Positions 51,401 through 62,354 of a DNA stretch of 64,000 nt are shown here, in pieces. Position numbers and translations under genes: made by a program. The notes under the pieces were generated by a model, which was given only the letters and a program-made list of their open reading frames with translations, did no database searches and was not told the origin of the DNA. Location of the stretch: NCBI GenBank assembly GCA_030295235.1, contig AP026132.1, positions 1 to 64,000 on the forward strand, given 5' to 3'. Positions within the stretch are counted from its first letter, which is position 1. Every line of letters starts with the position of its first letter. This DNA comes from Fistulifera solaris (lineage: Eukaryota).

Positions 51401-53911
51401 ATCCACCCTTGAAAGAGCTCTCTCAAAAGATCCAGAAAGATGACATCCAGTCGAATCTTGCAGGTCAACCTGTCAAGGAACAGTATTGGAAGAAAAGAGG
51501 TCGATACTGGGTTGCTAATAACGATAAATCAGGATCAGGTGGTACGCTATTGGGAGACTCTAAAAAGCCGCATCGAGTGCGCAAGGACCCCGAGGGAAGA
51601 CGTAAGCCTCAGAAACGTCGACATAGAGACGCACCGAGCGAGCTTGGCCGGATATACACCATTGAGGAATCACAAGATGACAATGCGACGTACGAGACAG
51701 GTGACTTGGACATTTTGATTAATACACCTAATGAGATTCGTACAGAGTTACGCTGTGCTGATCCTCCAGCCGAAGAAATTCCATCGATGAGTCATCATTG
51801 CTGTGATATATCCAGTCAGACCTCTTTCGAATCGCCTCGTGTAATCATCGATGCATATACGCCAAGCCGCAATCCAAATCTGGTTCAGCAGCTGGATATA
51901 GAGCCCTTAACTGATATCCTTGACTACAAATCGATGCAAGATTCGCACTCGGACGCCCCAGCGGAACTTATAGAATGTCTATCTTGCCTCGATCTGGACC
52001 AAAAAGTAACGTTCGATGAAGATAGCGAAGCTGGGCGATTCGGCTCAAAAACTGAAAGCGAAGTCGACCATGTTTTACGATTCGGTAAAGAAGAAGTTGA
52101 GGTGCTTGAAAATGCTTGTTTGATGTCACAAAACGGTAGAGGAAATGGAAGTATTCCGACGTGTAAGCAGGCTGATAGCAATGACGCCCTAATTGCCGGA
52201 GTTATGGAACAAGCTACAGATTTTTTGCTTAACGAAAATTCAGCGGCAGAACCGGCATTGAGTGTTTACTCTGTCGATTTGCAACTGCTGAGAAGAGCTG
52301 ATGCTAAGATTGAGCAAACTCATAGATTCACTGACATTCAAGCCGGCACGATGTATTCTTTTTCGGGTGATAATAGAATGTGTTCTTTGGAAGAGCACGA
52401 CGATAACGAGGCTCCTCAGGCTTTGTCTGAACCTTCTAGAGAATTTTCGTGCGGACCTGGATCGAAAGGCGGTGCGTCCATGCATTCATTCATTCCGAAA
52501 GCCGAAGACGACAACAAATCATCTGAAACAAATGTGGTAGATTGTATCTCGGTCGATTCGAGCGATTTTATGGATTTCGAAAACAAATTGTGCAGAAGCA
52601 CCAAGTTTTGTGGAGTGGATGCTAACTCAGAGTGCGATATAGCTGAGTCTGTAGATGAACACCTTCGCGCCAACAATTCGATCAATCAACCTTTAGATAC
52701 AAGTTCTGTAGCTAGCGGCCAACACTTTGGGGGGATGCCATGATTTGCTTGCACTCCAGGAAATGATGGCGCTTGAAATGGATCGCGAATGCCATGCAAA
52801 GGGTAATTACATGGAGGTAGAGACTGATACCAGCCTAGACGAATGTGATTTTAACCTCCAACCAATACCGACCGAGAATAAGCCATCGCAGCGGAGGGCC
52901 TTTTTCAAAGAACTAGCAATAACAGCAGCTCCGGATGAACTCTCAGAAGGTGTTTCTGCTAAGCACGATCACTCATCGTTTTCGAGCCGTTCGCAGCCAA
53001 AAACCCTCAAGTTGATTACTCCTAGTGCAGACGGCCTTTCCAGCTCTTCAGAGGATGAAACATCGAGCCGATCCCACGAACAGATTTATCTGCCTTTTCA
53101 ACCGCCCGTTCACATCGAGCTTGACGACGTGGCATCACTCGGTGATAGCGTTTCATTTGCTGGGACGGCTATCCATTCTTGCTCGCAATTGCACAGTGCT
53201 ACAAATATCGGCGGCTTCAATGATGTGCCTAAGACACAAGACCTTTTATCTGTTGACTGTGATCATTCGAACGATGCAGTTTCAAGCACTTTGGAGATCG
53301 AATTAGAACATTATCAGGATACGGGGAACGGCCACAGTACAGCTTCAACATCCAACAAGGGTAGAGACAGCAATAAAAATTTGAACGACTCGAGAGTCTA
53401 CTCAGATTTGGCTGCTCCTAGGAAGAACAATGTGAATGAATACTGTTTTACGAAAGTATCGCACGAAGACGCAGTTGTTACTGAACAGCAAGAAAATAGC
53501 CAATTGCCTGCACATGCTAGCGGAGTTACCGCAGCATCAAGCAACGAGGACGAGCACTTGATGGTTAAGCCCGCCATCTGTTCAAACATGCGGATTTCTA
53601 AAAGCCAGTCCACCACTGATGAAGAGTCTGCAGTCACTGACACCGAGGAAAACATGCATTCGTGCGACGAAACCGAACATTCCACATCATGGATTCAAAA
53701 CTTGCTAGACACCATGGATGAGGAGATCATATTTTCTGATACATTGCTACCATTTGTAGAAAATGACGGTGAAGAAGTTCCCGACTTATTGCCGTCAATT
53801 ACTGGGCAAGATACGTTTCTAACAGCATCGTCGCAAAGCTACGATGAACAAGATAAACGCGACGATTGGGTAGGCGACGAAGTTTCAACTGTCGATTTAA
53901 CTGTAAACTAA
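48471..53911 (+). CDS. GT2 glycosyltransferase paralogue 3 with divergent catalytic motifs and a very long acidic low-complexity tail
   Basis: CAYLPNE, VFDADH, GYDVVQG, KAEDVD, NQRIRLAQGW. Intron at 49668-49767; probable indel in the G-run near 52730 joins the last ORF. Confidence 0.82.
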
Positions 53912-54448
53912 GAAATACGGAGTAACAAACTCTGTAAGTTTAGCCTCACAACTAATTCACAAAGGATCATTCCTGAGAAGAGAATAATAAACTAGGAAGA
54001 TACCTTTACTCACCATAGTCTAGTCATGGGAAAATTGTCGAAAGTTCGTGGGGACATGATTTCTTTCTCGCTTCAACGTGGTAAACGCTGAAAAGTAGGA
54101 AGCCGGCAAAAAAATACTCCGCATTTCTGTTTTCATACTTTTGCGGCAGAAGCGGGACATTGTTTCAAGAATGTCCGGGCGCGGATTTATGACATTCCTG
54201 TGCGGTTTGGTCCGGAAGCCTACAATCCCATTGTCCGCTTAAAGCATAGGGCATAGTGCATAGTGTATGCTTTTGTACGTACGTAGAGTGTAAAATAAAT
54301 ACTGAGTATTATACTGCCCTCGGCCCCGTTTTTCGTTTCTCTGCCGCATCCGCCATTTCGTCTCAGTCGCACCTTTTTACAAGCCCAGATTATTGTTTTT
54401 ACATCATTATAACGACTCTTCCATCGGAAACAAAAGTAAACGTCAAGA

Positions 54449-55720
54449 ATGCCTCCTCTGCAGCGTATTCCTTCAAACCAAACCATTTCGGAGACCCGAA
54501 CATCTGTTTCAACTCATCGTTTCAAGACAGGTGGGGACGATGAAAACGGAAGCCGCGTTCAAAGCTGTTTACCGGTGATCAAAAAACGAGTCAAGAGGAC
54601 AATTGCTAAAACTCCCTTTCTCCAGTCTATCCCCCCAAAAGAGAATGTTATGGCCATCGGCCACTTTATGAGGTCTGAGATTCGGATTGGTAAAAAACTC
54701 GGAGAAGGCGGTTACGCGGAGGTTTATGAGATCGAAGCCTTCGATCTGTGCCCCCAGACGTCGGGTAAATACTCCAAAGATATGCAAACTATTCGATCCA
54801 AGTTTCAGAAAGAAGCGATCGATCCATCTACTGGAAGATGCCGTTATGTGATCAAGCACATGAGAAAAAGCTCCCTGGAAAAGAGTCGAGGCGAGTTTGC
54901 AACGGGGGTGGCAGATATGGCCGCGGAAGCATCCTATCTGATGCGTTTCGAGCATGCCAACATCTTGTCTCTTCGCGGCCTTCCTTCAAAAGGCCTGGAG
55001 TCTTTAGAGGATGGCAAACACGACAGCTTCTTTCTAATTCTCGATCGGATAACTGAAACTCTCAACGAAAGAATTGTCCGATGGCGTTCGGAGGAAAAGC
55101 AAAACAAGAAAACCAAGATTATGCACAGCAAACAAATCGCGAGTGCCTTGGAATATCTTCACAGCCATCGCATTGTCTACCGCGACATCAAGCCGCAAAA
55201 TATTGGGATCGATTCGAATGACAACATTGTGTTATTCGATTTCGGTCTATGTCGTCAACTCCCTGCATCGCCCGGCGAAAGCGATGCTGTTTACAAACTA
55301 GCGAGAGCCGGAACACGACGCTACATGGCACCAGAAGTCGTTGCTCAAGCATCATACAATTGCAAGGCTGATATTTACGGATGGTCGCTTGTCGTTTGGC
55401 AAATGTTTACACTGGCAAAACCCTTCTCAGCGTACAACGAACAGTCCCATCTTAAGTACGTGTGCGTTGGGGACGAGCGACCAGCACTGAACCTGTTAGA
55501 TAGCTTGAAAAGCCCACACGAGGACATTTATTTTCCAGTACCGAAATCCATCAGAGCCATCCTTACGAAAACATGGGATGCCTCGCACATCAAGCGTCCA
55601 GGCATGCACTCCGTTTGTTGCGAGCTTGAAAGCCTACTGACGCGCCAGACAAACAAACCTCCCAGCCGATTCAGTCGTCTCGTTTCAGGAAACCGAAAAG
55701 TCCGAGTCGTCAATGTCTAA
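54449..55720 (+). CDS. Ser/Thr protein kinase
   Basis: LGEGGYAEV, YVIK, VYRDIKPQN, LFDFGL, GTRRYMAPE, ADIYGW. Confidence 0.93.
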   Translation: MPPLQRIPSNQTISETRTSVSTHRFKTGGDDENGSRVQSCLPVIKKRVKRTIAKTPFLQSIPPKENVMAIGHFMRSEIRIGKKLGEGGYAEVYEIEAFDLCPQTSGKYSKDMQTIRSKFQKEAIDPSTGRCRYVIKHMRKSSLEKSRGEFATGVADMAAEASYLMRFEHANILSLRGLPSKGLESLEDGKHDSFFLILDRITETLNERIVRWRSEEKQNKKTKIMHSKQIASALEYLHSHRIVYRDIKPQNIGIDSNDNIVLFDFGLCRQLPASPGESDAVYKLARAGTRRYMAPEVVAQASYNCKADIYGWSLVVWQMFTLAKPFSAYNEQSHLKYVCVGDERPALNLLDSLKSPHEDIYFPVPKSIRAILTKTWDASHIKRPGMHSVCCELESLLTRQTNKPPSRFSRLVSGNRKVRVVNV

Positions 55721-57018
55721 AATTATCTTCTAAGAATAGAACATCATCAGCTCAAATCAAAGATAACGTAGATCGTAGATAAGCCACCTCTCAACCGTCG
55801 ACTGAAGAAGTTACAAGGATTTCAACTCATTTTAAGCCAACTTAAAAATGAAAAGATGCCGGGGCTTTACATGCTGTATAGTCTTCGTAGGTTGCTCGTT
55901 CTTTTTGCTTCGTATCAGGATGCTCGCTTTCGGTTCCGCCGAACGCGTGACATTTCAACACGGGACAGACGCGAGACACAGACGCTCGGATCTGGGATGA
56001 CATTCTCCTTCTTGTTGTTTGATGTTTCAGATTGCGCAGTTGCGCAGAGAGAGCGGAGAGGTGGCTGTGCGTTGTGCACTTTTTTCTCCTGGGAGACACG
56101 GGAACGCACCTCTGCTTGGTACATTTTTCTACGGGGGCCTACGTGAGTGTACACTTTTTCCCGAACCTTCCAGTCAACCAAGTGTCAAACGTGTGAGGAC
56201 TGGGGACTGTGGATTGTACATTGTACATTGTACATTGTACAGTTAATTTCCGAGCAAGTTCAAGCAGAAACATAGAACGCCGAAACGACGCCGCAGTAAA
56301 GTTCAAGGTTCAAGGGAAGATTCAATTTCAGATTTCAGTGTGGATTTTAAAGTAGTACCATCATGTTTCTGGGTCTTGGTTTCTTTTTGAAGCAAACAAG
56401 TAAGTTTTCCAGTCTCCTCAAAAATGTACATGAAGATAAAATAATAATGACCATTAAGCATTAAAAGCATTGATCATTGATTGGTTCATTTCAATTATTG
56501 ATCATTCTCGGTTCTCGGAAGCTCTAACTCTTTTCTGTTTTTTTGTTAACGCAGCTTTAGGAATTCAAAATATGTTTACGAGTAACGAACGTACCTCGTA
56601 CTCTTTAAGCTCAGTTGGCATCTGCTACTTGAACTATCTTTCTTTCTTGTTTCTTGTTTGACATCACTTCTTAACTAACTTGAATTTGCGCTGGCACTGT
56701 GAGCTGGCAGTTGGCATTCAGTCATCGTTCCATTTATTTAGTTTGATCCTTAAAGTACATCTTTCTGGCATGGGATATTTGGGAGTTGGGAGCAAGTTCC
56801 AAACCGTTCTATTTGGACTTGGTATGCATCACATGCCACTTGCACATGCATCATCATCGTCCGAATGCGCGGGAGAAGATAAGAGCGGCTCGGAACGCGG
56901 AACGCTCGCAAGTTCGCTCTCGGCAAAAGGCTCGTAAAATCGGTGGGCCTTATTGTTTTTCGACCTGACACTCATTGCATCCCATTCATCTTTGTAAAAT
57001 ATCATTCTTTAAGCAACA

Positions 57019-58764
57019 ATGAGACACGACGACTTACTCATCACTTTGGCTTACTTCTCTATCCCGATACAGCTGCTAATCTCGCTATATTACTATCCGC
57101 TGCTGAAAGTTACACCCAAACGATTTCTCGCGTTGATTGTGCTTTTTGCCCTATTCATTCTGCTTTGTGGCGTGGGGCACTTGCTTCGAGCATTTGGTTT
57201 GCATGGTGACTCTTTTGAAGTCCTAAATGGCTTAACTGCCGCCATCAGTGTGACAACGGCACTTTATTTGATTCCTATGATCCCTAATATCATGGCTACG
57301 ATCGAGAATGCGCTCGCTGAATTGAAGATGAAAGAAGAATTAGAGGAAATCAAGAACCGAAAGCTAATGACTTTCATAGGTTTCTTGTGTCACGAAGTTC
57401 GTAACCCGCTGTTTGCAATTACCAGCAGCATTGCCTTCATGAAAGAAGGAGGCAACGAAAGGGATAGAGTCAATTGTCTTTGCTCGATTGAGCAAAGCGC
57501 GAATCTCATGTTGCGGTTAGTGAATGATGTGCTCGATATTAGCAAGCTTGAGTCGGGAAAGGTTGAGCTGGAGTTGAAAGGATTTAATGTTCTGGATCTT
57601 TTTAACGGGATATCCGCGTCTATCCAGACACAAATTCGTCACATGCGGGGCGCTACGGTGACTTTCACTTCTCATATCGGAGAAAACGTCCCAGCTGTCA
57701 TCGAAACGGACCCTGCTCGGCTGCTTCAAATTGTTTACAACTTGTTGTCGAACGCCTCCAAGTTCACCGAGAAAGGAAAGATTGATTTCATGGTAGATGT
57801 CGTACGCTATGATGAGGCTTTTGGAGATGATTCGCTTGCGGATGAATCACTGAGACGCTTTCCGACAGGAGATGAACCAGATTTTTCAGTACAGTTGCTA
57901 GCAAGCGATGATCAAGCTTTCATTGTCGGAAATCGATCGGATCAACATGTACTCAAAATCGTGGTAGCAGATACTGGGTGCGGAATCGCCCCCGATCGAG
58001 TTAATGACATTTTCCGACCTTTCAATCAATCCAAGGTGTCAGATTTTAGAAAATTTGGAGGGACCGGTCTTGGCCTGAGCATTATTGCTCAACTTGTCAA
58101 GGTGATGTCAGGAAGAATTCAAGTCGATTCGAAAGAGAACGAAGGTTCGACTTTCACCGTTTATTTACCCGTGCTGATACCCACAACTCTGCAAGCTCCC
58201 CCGATCCTGGATACCGAATCAATACTACACGATTCTATCAAGAATAGTCGCTTACCGCCCATGCTAGTAAATGATGGCAGCATTGAGTTTGATGATGTAG
58301 TTACTCAGGAAGCTCTTTCCATGTCATCGCCGCCCTTCACGCGCGACGTTCAAGAGAACGTTTCTGCCCCACCGAACAACAATAAGGTTCTAGTTGTGGA
58401 CGACAATACCGTGAATCGAAAAATCTTAGGAAGAATGCTAGCGAGCTTTCAACTAATCGTAGAGTTTGCTACGAATGGGCAAGAAGCGGTGAATGTTCTT
58501 GCAAGTAATTCTGATTTCGGGTTGGTACTAATGGACTTGGACATGCCCGTTTTGGATGGAATTTCTGCGACCCGAATAATTCGGAGAGATCTCGGTTTGA
58601 CAGATTTACCTATCATTGCGCTAACAGCATTTGCCGTCCAAACGCAAGCAGAGGACGCGTTGGATGCAGGCGTGACAGAGTTTGCGACGAAACCTATTCT
58701 CAAAGAGGACTTACGGCAAAAGTGTTGCCGGTATTTGCTGAATAGGACGGATGAGATTGTTTAA
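57019..58764 (+). CDS. Ethylene-receptor-like hybrid histidine kinase (3-TM ethylene-binding domain, HisKA, HATPase, receiver), copy 1
   Basis: DDLLITLAYFSIP and FILLCGVGH match ETR1 DFFIAIAYFSIP and FIVLCGATH. H-box CHEVRNPL, NLLSNASKFT, DTGCGI, GGTGLGL; receiver VVDDN/LMDLDMP/KP. Confidence 0.92.
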   Translation: MRHDDLLITLAYFSIPIQLLISLYYYPLLKVTPKRFLALIVLFALFILLCGVGHLLRAFGLHGDSFEVLNGLTAAISVTTALYLIPMIPNIMATIENALAELKMKEELEEIKNRKLMTFIGFLCHEVRNPLFAITSSIAFMKEGGNERDRVNCLCSIEQSANLMLRLVNDVLDISKLESGKVELELKGFNVLDLFNGISASIQTQIRHMRGATVTFTSHIGENVPAVIETDPARLLQIVYNLLSNASKFTEKGKIDFMVDVVRYDEAFGDDSLADESLRRFPTGDEPDFSVQLLASDDQAFIVGNRSDQHVLKIVVADTGCGIAPDRVNDIFRPFNQSKVSDFRKFGGTGLGLSIIAQLVKVMSGRIQVDSKENEGSTFTVYLPVLIPTTLQAPPILDTESILHDSIKNSRLPPMLVNDGSIEFDDVVTQEALSMSSPPFTRDVQENVSAPPNNNKVLVVDDNTVNRKILGRMLASFQLIVEFATNGQEAVNVLASNSDFGLVLMDLDMPVLDGISATRIIRRDLGLTDLPIIALTAFAVQTQAEDALDAGVTEFATKPILKEDLRQKCCRYLLNRTDEIV

Positions 58765-59839
58765 AATCGAATTCATCACGTATAATTTAGAGCTAGATGT
58801 TTATGAAATGTCAACGCTGTTCTATTCTGAAAATGTGGAGAGAAAGCTAGACCTCTACCGGCTTACGTATCCTTAGGAGTAATTATAGACAGCCCTACAG
58901 CTAGTCTAGCTAAAGAGGTTTGTCGTCAATCTCACTTTGGAGCTTTAATCGTAATAGAGAATACGACTATCCTTTCTTGTGATGTTGCGTCAGGCGTCAG
59001 GCGTGAGACAAGCATGAAGAATATCTAAAATCTAAACGGTAAACCGTTGAGACATACTGTAGATTCATGAGACAAGTGACAAAGTGACAAGTGACATCAC
59101 TGCGTTACTCCGTATTTCCAAACTCCAAACATCCAAAATCCAAACCCCAAACCAAACTTGGGAACAACAAAGAACAAAAACTGTGATGCGATGTTCAACT
59201 TATCGTAAAGATCACTATATATAGAAAAAGAACCTAGAATAACCTTCTCAGTCACCGCTAGCTTGGGCCTTTCTCAATAAAGAAAATAGTACCTCATCTC
59301 AACTACCAAGTAGTCGTTCTTCGCCTTCGCCTGCTCGATGCATTCTCTCCTGGTTGTACAGTGTTATTTTTGACACGTCATCGTTTTTAGAGTGCGTGGC
59401 GCACGGCGTGCCTATAGCCGAAACTTTATTTCCGTCCGGGACGCAAGAACGCAAGAACGCAAGAAGCACAATTTTTACAGCGCGAAATGTACGGTACCGC
59501 AACCTACGTACAACTGAAACAACTTTGTCGCAGATTACTAGCACTATAAGATTTAGAGTAAAGAACAAGTGTAAAAATGTGTCTCAACGAAAAACTTAAG
59601 CGATATTTTTCCGAGGATCGAAGGAAAAGTACGTGCTTCATTTCTGAAATTCGGAATGTCATGTTTGATGCATAGGTCGTGGCGATTGCACACGGTGATA
59701 GCGCGAGAAATGTCTGTTTCCGGCGTTGTTCAAATCGCGTGCTCGCGGCGCTTGTGTCATGGAAGTGGAAGGGGAAAAATCCATTTTCCTTTTTATCCAT
59801 TGAATTCGCTGTTAACAACAAAACCAATAATCTACTATC

Positions 59840-61582
59840 ATGAGACATGATGACTTATTAATTACGTTGGCATACTTCTCTATCCCGATACAGATACTGA
59901 TCTCTTTGTATTACTATCCGTTGTTGCATGCAACTCCGATACGATTCTTGGCCCTTTTCGTGTTGTTCGCCTTGTTCATTCTGCTGTGTGGGATAGGGCA
60001 TCTATTGCGAGCCTTTGGAATACATGGTGATGAATTCGAGCTCTTGAATGGTTTAACGGCAGCAGTCAGTGTCATTACCGCACTTTACTTGATTCCCATG
60101 ATACCCAATATCATGTATACGATTAAAACGGCGTTAGACGATATCATTTTACAAGAAGAATTAAACAAGAATCGAAAGCTAATGGCTTTCATGGGCTTCT
60201 TGTGTCACGAAATACGTAATCCGCTCTTTGCGATAACGAGCAGTATCGCTTTCATGAAAGAAGGAGGCAACGAAAAGGATCGCATCAACTACATTTATGC
60301 AATTGAACAAAGTGCTAATCTCATGCTGCGATTAGTGAACGATGTTCTCGATATTAGCAAACTTGAATCAGGAAAAGTTGAACTGGAAAGGAAAAGTTTT
60401 AATGTTCTGGATCTCTTAAATGGAATATCGGCTTCCATTCAGTCTCAAGTTCGTCACATGCGAGGTGCCGCGGTTGCTTTTAATGCGAAAATCAGCTCGA
60501 ACGTTCCAGCTGTCATCGAGGCAGACCCTGCACGACTTCTTCAAATTGTCTACAACCTGCTTTCGAATGCCAGCAAGTTTACGGAGCAAGGAAAAATTGA
60601 CTTTACGGTAGATTTGATTCCGTACGATGCGGCTATCGGCGACGATTCTTCCGCCGACAGCGGAGGACTGCGTTCCTCACAGGACGATGAAGGTGATTAT
60701 TCGGCTCGTTTGCTGGAAAGAGATGGCTATGTAACAGAGTCGGAGTATAGATTAGAGCAACATGTTCTCAAAATCAGTGTTGCAGATACTGGTTGCGGAA
60801 TCGCGCCAGATCGTATTGACGACATCTTTCGACCTTTTAACCAGTCCAAAGTCTCTGACTACCGAAAGCACGGAGGGACAGGTCTGGGTTTGAGTATCAT
60901 CGCACAGCTGATTAAAGTCATGGCTGGAAGAATTCAGGTCGACTCAAAAGAAGACGAAGGATCCACTTTTACAGTATACCTTCCTGTTTGTTTACCTTCG
61001 GCCAATACAACATCTTCTGCTCTGGATACCGATTCGATTTTGAACGACTCAATCAAGAATAGGCGTTTACCGCCCATGCTCACAAACGAGAACAGAATAG
61101 ATCGTTTCGACGACTCGGAGAATAGCAGCGCGGATTCACCGCCGCTGTCGCGGCCTAACATGGATGACGTGGACGATTTTCGACATTTGCAGACGGATAG
61201 TAAGGTTTTAGTGGTCGATGATAACACGGTGAATCGAAAGATTCTTGGACGCATGTTATCTAGCTTCCACTTGGAGGTAGAGTTTGCTACGAACGGTCAA
61301 GAAGCGGTGGATATCCTTGCAAGTAGATCTGGATTTGGGTTAGTACTGATGGACTTGGATATGCCTGTATTAGATGGTATATCAGCAACTCGCGTTATCC
61401 GGAAAGATCTCGGATTGACCGAGTTGCCTGTTATCGCTTTAACTGCATATGCTGTCCAAACACAAGCGAAAGAAGCACTGGATGCAGGTGTGACGGAATT
61501 TGCTACAAAGCCTATTTTGAAAGAAGACTTGCAACAAATGTGTAACCGATATTTGCTGAAACGAACGCAGGAGATAGTGTAG
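59840..61582 (+). CDS. Ethylene-receptor-like hybrid histidine kinase, copy 2 (tandem paralogue)
   Basis: Same architecture and motifs as 57019-58764; intact ORF with extensive synonymous divergence. Confidence 0.92.
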   Translation: MRHDDLLITLAYFSIPIQILISLYYYPLLHATPIRFLALFVLFALFILLCGIGHLLRAFGIHGDEFELLNGLTAAVSVITALYLIPMIPNIMYTIKTALDDIILQEELNKNRKLMAFMGFLCHEIRNPLFAITSSIAFMKEGGNEKDRINYIYAIEQSANLMLRLVNDVLDISKLESGKVELERKSFNVLDLLNGISASIQSQVRHMRGAAVAFNAKISSNVPAVIEADPARLLQIVYNLLSNASKFTEQGKIDFTVDLIPYDAAIGDDSSADSGGLRSSQDDEGDYSARLLERDGYVTESEYRLEQHVLKISVADTGCGIAPDRIDDIFRPFNQSKVSDYRKHGGTGLGLSIIAQLIKVMAGRIQVDSKEDEGSTFTVYLPVCLPSANTTSSALDTDSILNDSIKNRRLPPMLTNENRIDRFDDSENSSADSPPLSRPNMDDVDDFRHLQTDSKVLVVDDNTVNRKILGRMLSSFHLEVEFATNGQEAVDILASRSGFGLVLMDLDMPVLDGISATRVIRKDLGLTELPVIALTAYAVQTQAKEALDAGVTEFATKPILKEDLQQMCNRYLLKRTQEIV

Positions 61583-61747
61583 TAACAGCAAGGGCAGGCG
61601 AGTATCATTGTATCACCCACAATTCATTCATTTTTCCGATGGCTCCATTAAATTTAAACGAAAAATACATTCTGAGTTAAAAGATAAAATCCATAGACGT
61701 ATTGCGACAGATTATTTCCCTTTTCGCATTACAAGTCTGGAACAGTG

Positions 61748-62220
61748 TCACTTCTTGAACGTTGAATACAATTGATACACGCCCCATATTGGAAACACCC
61801 AAATTCCCCAACAAATAAATCGTAGTGAAAGGATAGAAGCGTACTGCAGTAATAAAGCCAAGCCTAGAACATCCAACGATTTTCCTCCGGTCAGTTCACT
61901 GCTTTTACTGCTTTTCGCCGATGCTGTCGTTCCTGATGCCGCGTGCTCTAGAATACCCTTGTAAGCTGTGTACTGCATCATCATTAAAACCGCCAGACCG
62001 AGTCCTTCCCATCTAACAGTAAAGGGTCTTGGAGAAACAAATGTTCGTATAGCAGCATAAATGAGATTAAGAACCAAAATAATCGGCTGATAAGTCGATG
62101 AAGCGGCCTGACGCGCTAAAATGACTCGAGGTTGTCGTGAGACACAAACGAGAGGAAGGATAATTACGTAAGAAAAGTTACCGTACCTGCGGCGGCCTTC
62201 TTCGCAGCAGCTCCGGCCAT
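61748..62220 (-). CDS. TMEM208: TMEM208/SND2-like (DUF788) ER membrane protein
   Basis: Exon 1 MAGAAAKKAAA (62220-62187), GT-AG intron 62116-62186, hydrophobic helices, LDVLGL...FPIWGVYQLY. Confidence 0.7.
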
Positions 62221-62354
62221 GGTTTCTCAGCAACTAAAGATAAAACGATTCCTGTTAAATTGTTTATTGCTATTGTTTGCGAGACAGCTTACGAACATTG
62301 CCGCAGAAAATGACAAATAATGCTTGGGTCCATCGTTCATATCGTCGGTGCGAC

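Noticed and set aside
12125..53911. Mass pseudogenisation or programmed frameshifting of many genes
   Set aside because: Breaks are single-base indels, often in homopolymers, and hit essential genes (CCA enzyme, UCH37, nirB). Long-read consensus error is the simpler explanation.
54449..55720. Kinase as a CTR1 equivalent for the neighbouring ethylene-receptor-like genes
   Set aside because: It lacks a CTR1-like N-terminal domain; adjacency is the only evidence.
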